From Lama glama (Eukaryota): a DNA stretch of 64,000 nt. Positions 26,150 through 38,070 of the stretch are shown here, piece after piece. The DNA is taken from positions 98,520,001 to 98,584,000 of the forward strand of contig CM052816.1 of the NCBI GenBank assembly GCA_028534125.1, read 5' to 3'. Made by a program: the position numbers and the translations under genes. How positions within the stretch are numbered: the stretch's first letter is position 1; each line of letters opens with the position of its first letter. The notes beneath the pieces are model-generated. The model was given only the letters and a program-made list of their open reading frames with translations. It had not been told where the DNA came from and did not search any database.

Positions 26150-26276
26150 GCAGCTCATGGTGAAAGAGAATATGAGAATGAAGATATGTGTGTTCATGTA
26201 TGATTGAAGCATTGTGCTGTGCACCAGAAATTGACACAGCATTGTAAACGGACTATAACTCAATAAAAAAAAAAGA
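26150..26276 (+). mobile_element. Short 5'-truncated lineage-specific L1 3' end with polyA
   Basis: gaatatgagaatgaa...tgctgtgcaccagaaattgacacagcattgtaaacggactataactcaataaaaaaaaaa; same family as 53500-53590. Confidence 0.8.
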
Positions 26277-26339
26277 AAGGTGAAAAAAAAACCCACCGGT
26301 GAAAACACACCAGAGTCCTAGGTGAAACAGGTTTATTAC

Positions 26340-27830
26340 TACTTAGACCCTCTATTGTGGTTTTGAAATTGTATTTTCCACTGAAAGAAACCAAGACTTC
26401 TTGGAGAAACAACAGATTCTAGACCTAAGGCCAAAAATGCACAAGGTAAGTCTGGAATATCCTGTGATTTTAGAAAAGCAAAAAGCCCCTTTGAATCAAA
26501 GGCTGACAGGGTCACGTCAAAGGGATACAGAAGTCATCCTGAGTCTTGCATTGGCCAAAATCAGAACAATTTGATCTTCACTGAGGGTCATGTTTGAAAT
26601 GCACCCAACACTTCATAAATCTTTTATATAAAAAAACCTGACTTGAGCATCTTCAGAACATGGAAGGAAATTGAATTCATTGTCTTAAAACCTGGTAAGC
26701 AAAATGGCGAAAGTGAGTATGTATCTCCCCTGTGAGAGCGATACCATGTAGAAACATCCACTGATGGAAATATTCCAGCCAGTACACGGGCAAGAAATAA
26801 CAGAAGCAGAATGACGCCATTCTGCAGGCTCAGTGGGTTCACAGACTGGAGCAAGGGCTGCACTTCAGCTGACGTCACAGAAAAAGAGCCCAGACCTCGC
26901 GTGTCTCCTGTTGACCCAACTCATCACCCGCCACCTCCGCTCTTGCCAGAGGGATGGCACTAGTTCCCTGTGGTTGTGCAACAAACTGTCCCAAACTTAG
27001 TGACTTGACCAACAGTTTGTTTCCTTGCAGTCCCTGAGGTCAGAAGTCCTACAGGTCCAAAACCAAAGTGGCAGCAGAGCTGTGTTCCTTTCTGGAGCCT
27101 CTAGAGGAAAATCTGTTTACCTTTTCCAACTTTGGAAGCTCCCCCATCCCTTGGCTTGTGGCCACATCACTCCAACCTCTGCTTTAGTCATCACATCTCC
27201 TCCCCTGGCTGACTCTCCTGCTTCCCTCTTCTGTGTACCCTTGTGATCATAGCTGGGTTCACCTGAATAATTCGGGGTCATCTCTCAATCTCAAAATCCT
27301 TGATGGAAGCAAATCTGCAAAGTCTCTTCTGTCATGTAAGGTAATATATTCACAGATTCCAAGGATTTTGATGTGGACATCTTTGTAGACATCTTTGGGA
27401 GGTGGAGAGGACATTAGCCTGCCTGCTACAAGGATGGAATCTGAGTCTCAGCAAATCTCCAGATTCAGCTGCCAGTTTGGAGGGAACACAACAGACAGAG
27501 GAGAACGTTGACTTGCAACATGAGAATGCAATTCTCAAATCCCAAGCTGTGTATTTGGCAAGGGTGGCGTGGAAAATTGAGACTAAAATAAATGTAAAAT
27601 ACAAATAAAAGTTCTCAGGATCTAGTTATGTATATGGGTGGTAAACTGTCGAGAAATGCAAGAACCTGATTACCATAAAAGTCAGAGAGTTAATGACTTC
27701 TGAAGGCAGGAAGAGTTTGTAACTAGGACAGAGGAGCTCCGGGTGAGAATGTCAAGTTCTATTAATTTGGTGGCACTTACTGGGTATTTGCCTCGTAATT
27801 ATTTGTTAAGATGATTTAAAGGAAAAAAAA
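26340..27830 (+). mobile_element. L1MC-type 3' UTR, interrupted by MLT1
   Basis: tattttccactgaaagaaaccaagacttcttggagaaa...gtcaaagggatacagaag...cattggccaaaatc. Resumes after 27430 and runs to gattaccataaaagtcag. Confidence 0.65.
26955..27430 (-). mobile_element. MaLR LTR, MLT1C/D-like
   Basis: ccaaacttagtgacttg...ctggagcctctagaggaaaatctg...atctgcaaagtctctt...gtaaggtaatatattcacagattcc...tgtggacatctttg...ctaca. Confidence 0.88.
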
Positions 27831-29299
27831 GATATAAGTTCAGTGCCCAAAACTGAGAGAAATGTTCCAAGTATATTGTACCTTGTTTATTGCAGTTTAA
27901 GATCACGTTTTATTTCTTAGCAGTCATATCACACTGGTAACTCATAAAATTTGCTGTTGACCAGAAGTCACTATTTGTCAAAATACTTACCTTCTGTGGT
28001 CTAAGGAGATGACTCTACATTTTTATATTCAAAAGAGCTACTGTTTTCCTCACTCTGAGAACGCTACCTGAGGGAACATGGCATTCAATGTGTATAGATA
28101 GCTTCCAAAGAAAAGAGAATGTTTTCTTATCATTTTTTCTGCAACAGAATCTACCTTTTTTCTTGAAACTATTATTAATCAGAAATATATCGCTTAAAAA
28201 AAGATGAAAAGAACAGCTATCAAAAATTCACTTTTTTTCCCAGAGGCTGTGTCTATGATGGTCCACTTTTGGAGGGAAAAAAAAGGGACGAAAACCACCA
28301 ACACCTAAGGCCGAGACTAACAGACAAAAAAACTCGATTAAAATTATCATGCCACACATAAGCAGAAGAATCAGAATGCACCAAGGAGGTAAGCTTTGTT
28401 TCTGGCTTTTATCAGTAATGTAGACTGAAGTCCAGAGCCTTCACTTCAAGACAGCTGAGCACACAAATCTACACCTGCTTCTACAAAAATCCTACGGAAC
28501 TAAAGAAGGAATAAAAAACAAAAATAAATGCATCCTGGTGATGGAAAGTAGAATGACTTCACGGGAAGTCCAGAGCATTGAGGAATTTCTGGAAGTTGTG
28601 AGCCAACGGCAATGAAATTGACAAAGAATATAAGCAAAAAGCAGGACTATTAAAAACACTGGAGTTTTCCCAGCAGCATTCCAGGATAACCACATGATCT
28701 GAGGCATCAAAGAGCAGGGAAAAGGAGTGGCCTTGGGGCCACCCTGGAGTGATTGATTCAAGACCTGGAAGCAGCGGTGCCCCTTCTGGCTCTTGAACTC
28801 CAGGGCCCTAGTTTGCCCCAGGTTAACACTTGAAGACACACTTCCGGTCTGCAGGGGACATTCAACTTGGGAGACCCAAGAGTGAAATGTAGGCATGGAT
28901 GAGACAGGGGACATTGTCTCAGAGCATTCCAGCAGTGGACAGGGACTCCTGCGGGCCAGGAGGCAAGCTTCCCTGGCACCCAGAAGGAAATCCTGACCAC
29001 GCAGTCATGACGGCCTACTATTGCAGCACAGGGTCTCGCCATCTTCCCCCACTTCACGGAGACACCAGCATGGGTAACCCCCAGAAGTGCTGGACACGGG
29101 CTCTCATCCATAGCACCTGCAGGAAATCAGGTGGAGAGCTATCCCAGCTCTGCCCTTCTGACTGCAGAGCTAGGAAAGCAACCGAATCCCACTCAGTCTG
29201 CAGATCCATAAAGCGAGTTCTTCGTGCCTGCCCAGCAAGATCATCAAGAAGAAAGCAGACAGCACAGTGGCTTGGCTAGCACGTGATGTGCCCCCAAGG

Positions 29300-29620
29300 C
29301 AGAGCTGTCAATCAACTGTACTTGCTGTGCTTCTAGTTCACATCCCATTCACAGCCTTGGGCAGGGGTGCTGGGCTCTACCACGTGGACCCCCTTCCTGC
29401 TGCAGCAGATTTGACCTGCCAGCTGCCAATCATATTGTCTCTTGAGGATTTGAACTAAGACACACAGAGACTGAGAGATTTCAAATTTATCTGCAAAGAA
29501 CTGCAACAAACATTCCTGATGGTGAAATCCAGGATTTGATAAATTCAGTAAAATTAAAATACCCTCCCTTTTCTTGAGCTAGTTTAAGTGGGTTTCTGTT
29601 CCTTACAGCTGACCAGCCCC
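29300..29620 (+). mobile_element. Old MaLR LTR (MLT1K/L-like) fragment
   Basis: ccaatcatattgtctcttgaggatttgaact...cttgagctagtttaagtgggtttctgttcctt. Confidence 0.5.
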
Positions 29621-29978
29621 AGGTTTAGCTGACACTCAAAGAAGTCAGTTTTCTCCCTGTGCCCACTTAACCTGAAAGCCTGGGGGTGGAGGTGACAGTC
29701 ATCTTCGCAGGACCGGATCTGGGCACGGGACCAAACTCTCCTGACCTATAAACCAGACCTGTTGATGTATTCCATACTTAGCTCCTATGTTTAGATAATG
29801 AGAAATTTTATTCAACAGGCTATTAATTATTTTGCTCAGCATGAGTGTTGAGCAATTGTATCATCTGACAAGAACAAATGAATATGAGAAATTTTAGGAC
29901 TGACCTTGGAGCAGTTAATTGTGTCTTTAAATATTCAACAGTACATAGTGAAAATTCATCTATTTCTTTCACATGTAC

Positions 29979-30263
29979 ATTTTTATCAAAGTATAATTGG
30001 CTTACAATGTTGTGTTAGTTTATGGTGTAGAGCATAGTGGTTCAGTTATGCATATATATATATATTCTCTTTTTACTATTATTTTTCATTATCAGCTATT
30101 ACAAGGTATTGAATATAGTTCCCTGTGCTCTACAGTAGGGTCTTATTGATCATCTATTTTATATATAGTAGTCAGTATCTGCAAATGCGAAACTCCCGTT
30201 TATCCCTCCGCCTTCCCTGGAAAACAAAAGTTTGTTTTTTGTGTCTGTAAATCTGTATTTCTT
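29979..30263 (-). mobile_element. Lineage-specific L1 3' end
   Basis: ttacaatgttgtgttagtt...ttacaaggtattgaatatagttccctgtgctctacagtagg...gtatctgcaaatgcgaaactccc; homologous to 57108-57385. Confidence 0.88.
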
Positions 30264-30517
30264 AATCTCTAATTTTAATTTTTTAATTTTTTTTTAATCT
30301 CCAAAAGATTTTTTTCACGCTCAGCATCTTGGAAAACTACATTAAATGAACAATGAATAGCAACAATGCCAGTAAAAACAAATGACAAAAATAAAAGCTA
30401 ATATGACTGGGAGCTTACTAAGTGACATTTTATAAATTAGGCACAGAGATTAACTAATTTGCCCCATTCACACAATCGGTGGTTGTGGAGTGAAAATGTG
30501 AAGGCACAGGATGCAGG

Positions 30518-30887
30518 TATAGTAGGCACCAGGATGCCTCACCCAGGTCCCCCTTATCAGACGATACCAACCAACCAGCTGCCATGAGTTTTGCTGCTGC
30601 TGGGATGTCCCCCAAACCCATGGCCCACAGTCGATGGCTAACTGATACGGGGCATAAGATACTCCCCTGCATCAAAAGGGTAGCAACCTGGTGATGTGAT
30701 TTAGGTTCCAAAGCGTCCCTGGCAAACCTGGATATTTCCCTGAAACCACACCCTACTCAATTTCTCCTCTCCTGTTCTAAGTCAGTTTCTCTTTTACAGG
30801 TTATTTTTTCTCCTGAGGAGCACTGCCTCTATGACTGTGGGCACCCGAGTCTCTGTCTCAGACTCTGCTTCTTAGGAACCCCAGACA
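30518..30887 (+). mobile_element. LTR16-like 5' LTR of a deleted ERVL provirus
   Basis: Start tatagtaggcacc...cccaggtccccctt; end ctctgtctcagactctgcttcttaggaaccccagaca, followed by PBS-like gctggtgcca. Confidence 0.7.
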
Positions 30888-31590
30888 GCTGGTGCCATGT
30901 CCTCAGGGGTACAACTGCTGTGTCTGGAAAACAAGGGGAAGAAGAAGCAAGCGCGCCGTGACCACTCCCAGCGACCTGCTTGGTGGGTCTGTACTTCTCG
31001 TCGCAGCAGCTTTTTGGCTCTGTGGCAAGTCTCAACTGGGAGTCTAGAGTTCCTTTCACCAAGAGTAGATGCTGTTAACAGGAGACAGGAAGCTACCCTG
31101 CAATGTGAGCAAGGGCTGTTGCCTGGCCACTGAGCTTCTCATGCTGTAGAGTTGGCAGGCACAGAAATGTGTTGCCTTGACCCTGGGGTAGTTTACCCTG
31201 CCCACCATGAAGGCATTATAACACTAGTGCTCTTAGGTAATCCACAAGGCGTTTCTGGGTGCACAGTTTAAACAGTAATAGCTAAATGCAGCAGCTGTAG
31301 CCGGAGAAGAGTTTGATCCCCAGGGTCTCAGAACCATCAAGGATGAAGGGTGGGTCGACACACTAGACAGTCCACCTGGATCAGCCAAAATCCTAGCTAA
31401 GAGAGAGTAATTCAGAGCTGGTACGAGAAGAGGGAAGAATTTTCAGCCAGGGCCGTCTGGGACAGCGGTGGGTGCAACTTCTCCACCAACCTAACTCTTG
31501 TAAGTTTCCCTGAGCCTTGTGATCACAGACTCAAGAGTGGAGTGAAGTTAATGTGGGAGACAGTGGATTTAAGCACTGCATGGGGTGGAC
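30888..31590 (+). mobile_element. ERVL internal remnant (ERV3-16A3-like; end of pol / dUTPase region) with PPT
   Basis: Relics LLPGH, QAQKCVA, GVVYPAHHEGI (31185-31217) and SEPSRMK/WVDTLDSPPGSAKILA resemble ERVL LPPGHFG..QAKKGVT..GVIDPDY..SDPSGMKVWVTPPG..AEVLA. ggggtggac lies directly before the 3' LTR. Confidence 0.7.
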
Positions 31591-32033
31591 TGTCACAGGC
31601 AAAATGGCGCCCCACGCAGATCCCCTTAACCAGGCTGGCACTCCCATCCCCCAGCTGTTGAATGTTGGCTGCTTCCCCCTTCGCTGAAGATGTGTTCTCT
31701 GCTGACAGGAGCTGCTGTATCTGGGAAGTTACACAGACCCCTCCTGGATGCAGCCCTTAACCAATGCATGACTAACATGAGGGAACAGATCTGCACCCTT
31801 GACTCAAGGGGGTACAACTCAGGAGTTGATTTATGCTTCAGAACACCCCTCATCCTCAAGATCAGACCAAACATAGACTTTGCCTGTGACCACACGCTTG
31901 GTGGGCTGTCTCTCCTTCCTTATCCTGCTTTGCTCCTTCCTTCCAGATTTTCCTGCAGAGCTCTCCCTCCATAAATCAAGAGCACCCAAATCCCTGTTTT
32001 GAACGCCACTTTTAAGGAGCACAACCTAAGCCC
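31591..32033 (+). mobile_element. LTR16-like 3' LTR
   Basis: tgtcacagg...cagatcccctt...cccagctgttgaatgttggctgc...ccaatgcatgactaacatgagg...ccataaatca...aacctaag. Confidence 0.75.
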
Positions 32034-32824
32034 CTGGATGTGCAGTTAATCCACATTTAGCTATCATCATTCCCTTTAGAAGCAAAACACAGCTTTTGAT
32101 TTTGCAATTGGTTTTACAACTTATCTTAAGTTTGACTGAGCTTAACACTTGATAGCCTAATAATCACAAGAGTAAAAGAGGGAATGATGTTCTGAACCAC
32201 TGAGACAGCAAAACTAAAATGACCAGCAAGACACAATTGCTTCATAAAAAAATCAGTATCTGCCCACACACAGCACTGAGTCATCAATAAATGGCTTGAT
32301 AATTACCCAAGAGTCCAAATGGATTGTTTTCGTTCATTCCTCTTGTCACTTGCTAAAATTCTATCTTATTCGAGGTGTGGGATAGACTTCCGTCCATCTT
32401 CTCAAAAAATAAGTGACTCATTTTCAACTGACAAGATAATTTTCCTCATGGTCTCCAGAAACTCTGCATCAAAACTGGAAAATAAATATGTTTACTTATA
32501 TTTTAAAAATAATTTCTGTGCTATGAACCGTAATTGTGACAACTTGTCAGTATGGACTCCTGCTCAGTTTAGAAACATGGAAATCTCTGCAGAAAGTCTC
32601 CCAGGCAACCAGGACATAGATGTGTTTGTTTATGTGTCTGTCTGTTTTAAATTACACAAATCAAAGGCCAGAGGGTTGTGCTGGGGTCCTCAGGTCATTA
32701 TAAATGAAACAGAGAAAAAAATGACAAGAGAGAGATTTAATTAAAGAGAGAGATTCTTAGAAAAGACTCTGCAGCCTGAAGTCTCCACGCTCCACCCCCC
32801 ACTCCTCATTTCCTTCAAGTCTTC

Positions 32825-33478
32825 TTTTTTTTTTTTAATTGTATTGTGGTAAGAACACTTGACAAGAGATCTACACCCACATTTTTAAGTGTACTACGCT
32901 GTGGTGTTGACTACAGGCACAATGTTGGACAGCAAGTCCCTAGGTCTTACTCATCTTGCTTAACTTTATGCCCCTTGGTTAGTAACTCCCCATTTCGCCC
33001 CTGCCCAGCCCTTGGCAACCACCATTCTACTCTTCGATTCTATGAATTTGACTATTTTAGGTACTTCATTTAAGTGGAATCATGCAGTATTTGTCTTTTT
33101 GTAACTGGTTCGTTTCATTTAGCACAATGTCCTCAAGATTCATCTATGTTCTCCCATATTGAAGCAGTTTCTTCCTCTTGAAGGCTGACTTCGTATTCCA
33201 CGGTACGTATAGAGCACATCTTCCTCATTCATCTATCTGTGGGTGAACGTTTAGGTTGTTTCCACATCTCAGCTTGCATGAATAATGCTGTAATGGACAC
33301 GAGAGTGCCAGTATCTCTTCCAGATTCTGACTTCAGTTCTTTTGGATAGAGACCCAGAAGTGGAGTTACCGAATCATCTGGTAGCTCCATTTCTGAGTTT
33401 TTGAGGAAACGCCATACTGTTTTCCACAGTGGCTGCACCTGTTTACATTCCCACCAGCAGGGCACAAGATTTCCAGCT
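32825..33478 (-). mobile_element. L1MA9-like 3' end with ORF2 C-terminus
   Basis: PolyT, then tgtggtaagaacacttgacaagagatctac. ORF 33229-33465(-) CWWECKQVQPLWKTVWRFLK is the L1 ORF2 C-terminus. Confidence 0.92.
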
Positions 33479-34289
33479 CCAAGGACGATATCACAGTGCC
33501 AGGAAGTAGACTTGAGACTGGGAAGCAGGGCAGGGATGCAAACCTACAGGCTCTGATCTTAGTCTAGATCTTTCCTGAGGGCAGCATGTGAAGGTGAGGG
33601 AAGGAGGCTGGGGCACATGACACGCAGAATATCCACTCTACATCCAAAGTGGGTTCATTTCTCCACCCGGTGCTGGCAGCATCATGAACTCAGCCACCCC
33701 ATCAGGTTGAGTCTCCTCTACCCAAGGCTGGGAAGGAGACACCATGTGACAGTGACATACCTGGGAGAAACCACTGCTGAGCTGCTTTCAGACATTTCTA
33801 GATCCCAAGGACAACTGCCAGCATGACCGAGGATTTGCAACTGCAGCCTAACGATTGTGCTATCCCAAAACAAAGCAAAAAAAGTTAACTCGAATATATG
33901 GAAACTTAGCATTTCTCTCTCTTTTTTTAATATTGGAATATTTTAAGTATACAAAAAATAGGAAAAAAGATAGCAAACACCCACTTACACATTATTCTGT
34001 TGAGAAATATTGACTAGTAACCATAATTGTTTAAGGTTTTTTAATCAATATATTTGATACTAGCTTTTACAATTGTTTTCTGATTCCATTTGCAAAAGTC
34101 ACTACTATTCTGGAACTTATATTATTATTCATGACATTATAATTTTTAATTTTATATTTTCATGTACATAGATAATAAGAGTGATCTTGTGTGCCATTAG
34201 ATTTACATGAATAGCAAAATTCTGAATGTGTTCTTCTGCAATGTTTTTCTATGCAAATAGAACAGAAAAACTTTTTTTTTATTTTTAAA

Positions 34290-34780
34290 GTCTATAATTA
34301 AAAATTGTACTCACCCTCTACCTCCCACTTCTGGCAAACATCAATCTGTTCTCTGTATCTTAGAGTTTGTTCTCGGGGGGATCTTTTTTTTTTAGACTCT
34401 GTGTATATAAGTGACATTATACAGTATTTGTCTTTCTCTGTCTGACTTATTTCACTTTGCTTAATGTCCTCAAGGTCCATCCATGTTATCCTAAATGACA
34501 GGATTTTTTCCTTTCTAATGACTAAATAATACTCCTGTGTGTGTGTGACTGCGTGTGTGTATACATCACACATCTTCTTTATCCATTCATACATTGACAG
34601 ACACTTAGGTTATTTCTATATCTCGACTATTGTAAATAATGCTGCAATGAATATGAGGTGTAGATATCGTTTTAAGTTAATGATTTAGTTTCCTTCGAAT
34701 AAATAGCAGGAAGTGGAATTGCTGGATCTCATGGTAGTTCTAGTTTTAATTTTTTGAGGAAACTTCATACTATTTCCCCA
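34290..34780 (-). mobile_element. L1 3' region (ORF2 end and UTR)
   Basis: ORF 34298-34594(-) EWIKKM...EYY...TWMDLEDIKQSEISQTEKDKYC is the L1 ORF2 terminus. Confidence 0.9.
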
Positions 34781-35149
34781 AAACAATGCTTTTTTAATTC
34801 TATTTTTTAAAATAAATCCACATTGATATATGTGGATATAAATTATTCACCTTAACTTCTCTATAAAAATGCCATCACATGGATATTTCTCAGCATCTTT
34901 AGTGAAGACTTTATTGATAGAAATTTATGTTGTTTTAAAACATGTATTTATTTGTAATAGCATAACCACAACTTTCTATCATTAGATACTTTAAAATGTC
35001 TATAATGTTCACCATATTTCTTCTGTAATATACTCTACTGGGATATATAGAGAGATATATGGATAAATACATATGTGTGTGTGTGTCTGAGTATACACAT
35101 ACATACATTTTTAAAATTTTTATATATTTTATTTTATCATTTTATATTT

Positions 35150-36080
35150 ATTCATTACTGAATTTGATTTTCTAATGTATCATTTAAGACGTTTACATCT
35201 ATGATCCCTGGTGACTCTAGCCTTTACTTTTCCTTGTCTAGACGCCCCACGTTTCATTTAGGAACAAGGCTGTCTAAGATTTATAAAAGTTGTTGAGACA
35301 TTTTCCACTCTTTTAATGCTCTGGAACAGTTTGAAAATGATAGGAGTTATCTAACTCATGAAGGTTTGGTAAAATTGCCAGGGAAGTCAGCTGTCCCAGG
35401 TACACTCCTTTGGGTAGTTCTGAGAATTAATTCGGGGCTTATATAGGTTTTTATATCTTCTTGTGTCAGTTTTGGTTTTTTGTTTTTGTGGGGCTTTTTT
35501 GCCAATGGCAAAATGTTTTCTGTTGATATTGGCTTATAATTTTTAAACTTTGCTCTTTCTGTCCCCATTTTACCCTCAATATTAATTTATATTTTCTTTG
35601 TCTTGATTGACTTTTCCCAAGATTAGTTAATGTTCAAACATTCTTTGTAAAGCACCAGATTTATTATGGTTGCTGTTGACATTCTCGAAGGTTATTTATT
35701 GTGTATTTCACTAATTTCTTGTCTTATGTTTTATTTCTTTCCATCAATTTATTACATTAATTGTTTCTTCCAATTGAAGTTCAATACTTGGCTCATTAAT
35801 TTTTAACTTTTCTTCTTTTATGATCTATAGATTTGAGATAATAAAATTCCCTAGAAGAATTCTCTAAACTGCATCTTAAAATTTTTAGCACATACATTTC
35901 CATTACACTTTGGTTCCAAATGTCTTTAGTTTCATTAGGTTTCATCCTTTTCTGACCAATGAGGTATATAAAATACTTTTAATAGTTGTTTCTAATGCAT
36001 AGTTATTTTATCTGAGTATTATTTATTGATTTGAAATGTTTATGTTGGTCAGAGAGTCAGAGAATGTGTTTTCTGCAATA
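35150..36080 (-). mobile_element. Old L1 ORF2 fragment
   Basis: Reverse complement at ~35360-35400 (PGTADFPGNF) resembles ORF2 SPGPDGFTGEFYQTF; the + strand is T-rich. Confidence 0.6.
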
Positions 36081-37659
36081 TCAGAATGGCTTCTATATTC
36101 AAAAAATGACAAAGTTATTGGTAATCGCAGTATTAATCTTCAAAGACCTTGAAAGAATACAAATCAACATTAGTTTTCTAAAGGGTCAGTGGAACTTAGA
36201 ACAAGTCACATCGGATCATGCTCACAGCCCCGTAACAGGACAAAACCAGGTGACACAAGTCATTAGGAGCCCTAGGGTGGTGCCAGATTATAAGCAATTC
36301 TGAAGCATTACTCTCAGTGTTGTTCTTTTTAGCACTTCCAAGGCCAGCTGAGAAATTCTGGAATAAAATGCTTCACTGTAATGACGCTCCAACCAAAATA
36401 AGATTTATCTTAAAGTTTGAAAATTTTAGATTCTGTCCAGTGTAAAACATTCACGGGCTAGCAGGGGAAGCACCGTCTCCACCACACGACCAGGCAGCGG
36501 TGTGAACCGGGCAGCAGGCTCTCCAAGACATTACATCAGGTGGGTTCTGTGTTATGGTGCTGTCCCCGCTGCTCCTGGGAGGGTGGGGCAAAGGCAGGGC
36601 GGCCACTGCCGGGGACCAGGTGAGGAAGAATCAGCACAATTTAAGGCCAAACTTACGTAAGGACTGTCCACAGAGAAAGGTCCTATCGTCCCTCTCCCAT
36701 TTCCAGCACCAATCAGATGCCTAATGGATACAAGGAACATCCCTGGATTCTTCCCCAAACCAAATACAAGACACGTGGTTGACGTGATCATAAGGGGGAA
36801 AAATGAGACCTAAAAATAGGTAAGAGGTAGAACTACCTACCATACAGAAGGAAGGCCTGGACTCACAATGAGCAGTGAGGGGACTCCTACCCCTGAAGCA
36901 CAGACCCAGCATCGCAGCAGTGCCTCCCTCCTGGGGCCCAGCCCTGCGCACATGGTGACACTCAGCCAGCTACTGTGACCCTTTTCATCTGTTGTTCACT
37001 AAATAGTGGTTCAGGAATTAGTTCATGGGATGAGGCTAAAGATTATAAACTTGGTTGCACAGAGCAGGTTGTATCTATGAGGAAACACTCTCCTGGAAAT
37101 ACCTACGTATTATTTTTTTAATTTAAGTTATAGTTTAATAGAAGGGGCTGCCTGAAAGTCGACCTATGAGAGTAGGCAAGAGGAGGGGAGGAAGTCGCTT
37201 TGCAATGAGCCACCGTTACATGCAGCATGTAATCCTCCAAGAGACCGAGTGTTCGCACAAGGAACCCTGTTTTTGCAGGAAAGTCTCGTTGCAATGCAAA
37301 GAGATCAGTGGACTTATCCCGGAATGGCTGAGCTATGAACTTGTTTCCCTGCCTCTAAAGGCCACCATTTCAGGCTGATTCCCAAAACTTAGGAAAATGT
37401 GAGCCAAATCTAATTCCAAGAAGCAGAAAATAAGATCTCCCAAAATTCCTGGCAGTGCGAAGATTTCCCAGAGTGGTGTGCTAGAGATTCACGCCCACTC
37501 CCTCTCTCCTGCTGGCCTGCACTGTCTCCATGTGCCTTGCTGACCTCACCCTGCTCACCACCCTCTCCAGTCTCCACCAACCCTGGGGACTTCCAGCTCA
37601 ACGGAGAGGCTGCCTTTCTGAGAAACCAGCATCTCCTTGGTGCTTCCAGGGTGCTCAGG

Positions 37660-38070
37660 TGCAGTGAGATGACGGGTGCCCCCCAGAAGATCTGCCCACC
37701 TGCAACCCCAAAAGGTTACCCTCATAAGGGCCTCTGCAGATGTCACTGAGGTGATGCTAGTGAGAGGAGATGATCTTGGACTAGGTTGGGCACTGTGACA
37801 AGGGTCCTTATACAGGACAGAAAAGGAAAAGACAGAGAGGGGACAGCCATATGACAACAGAGGCAGAGACTGGAGGGACACATCTGCAAGCCACAGGACA
37901 CCAAGACGTCCCCAGAAGCTGGGGAGATTCTCCCCATGGCCTTCGGAAGGAACCCCCCGCCACCTTGATCTTGGACTTCTGACTTCCAGAACTTTGTAAG
38001 AATAAATGTCCACTGTTTCCAGCCAGCCAGTGAGTTGTCCTTTGCTACGGCAGCCCTGAGACACCATGTG
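37660..38070 (+). mobile_element. MaLR LTR, MLT1B/C-like
   Basis: cagaggcagagactggaggg...caagccacaggacacc...caccttgatcttggacttctgacttccagaact...aataaatgtc...tttgctacggcagccct. Confidence 0.88.

Noticed and set aside
28430..28700. Possible HAL1/L1M 5' end fragment
   Set aside because: Only vague recalled similarity; not enough to call.
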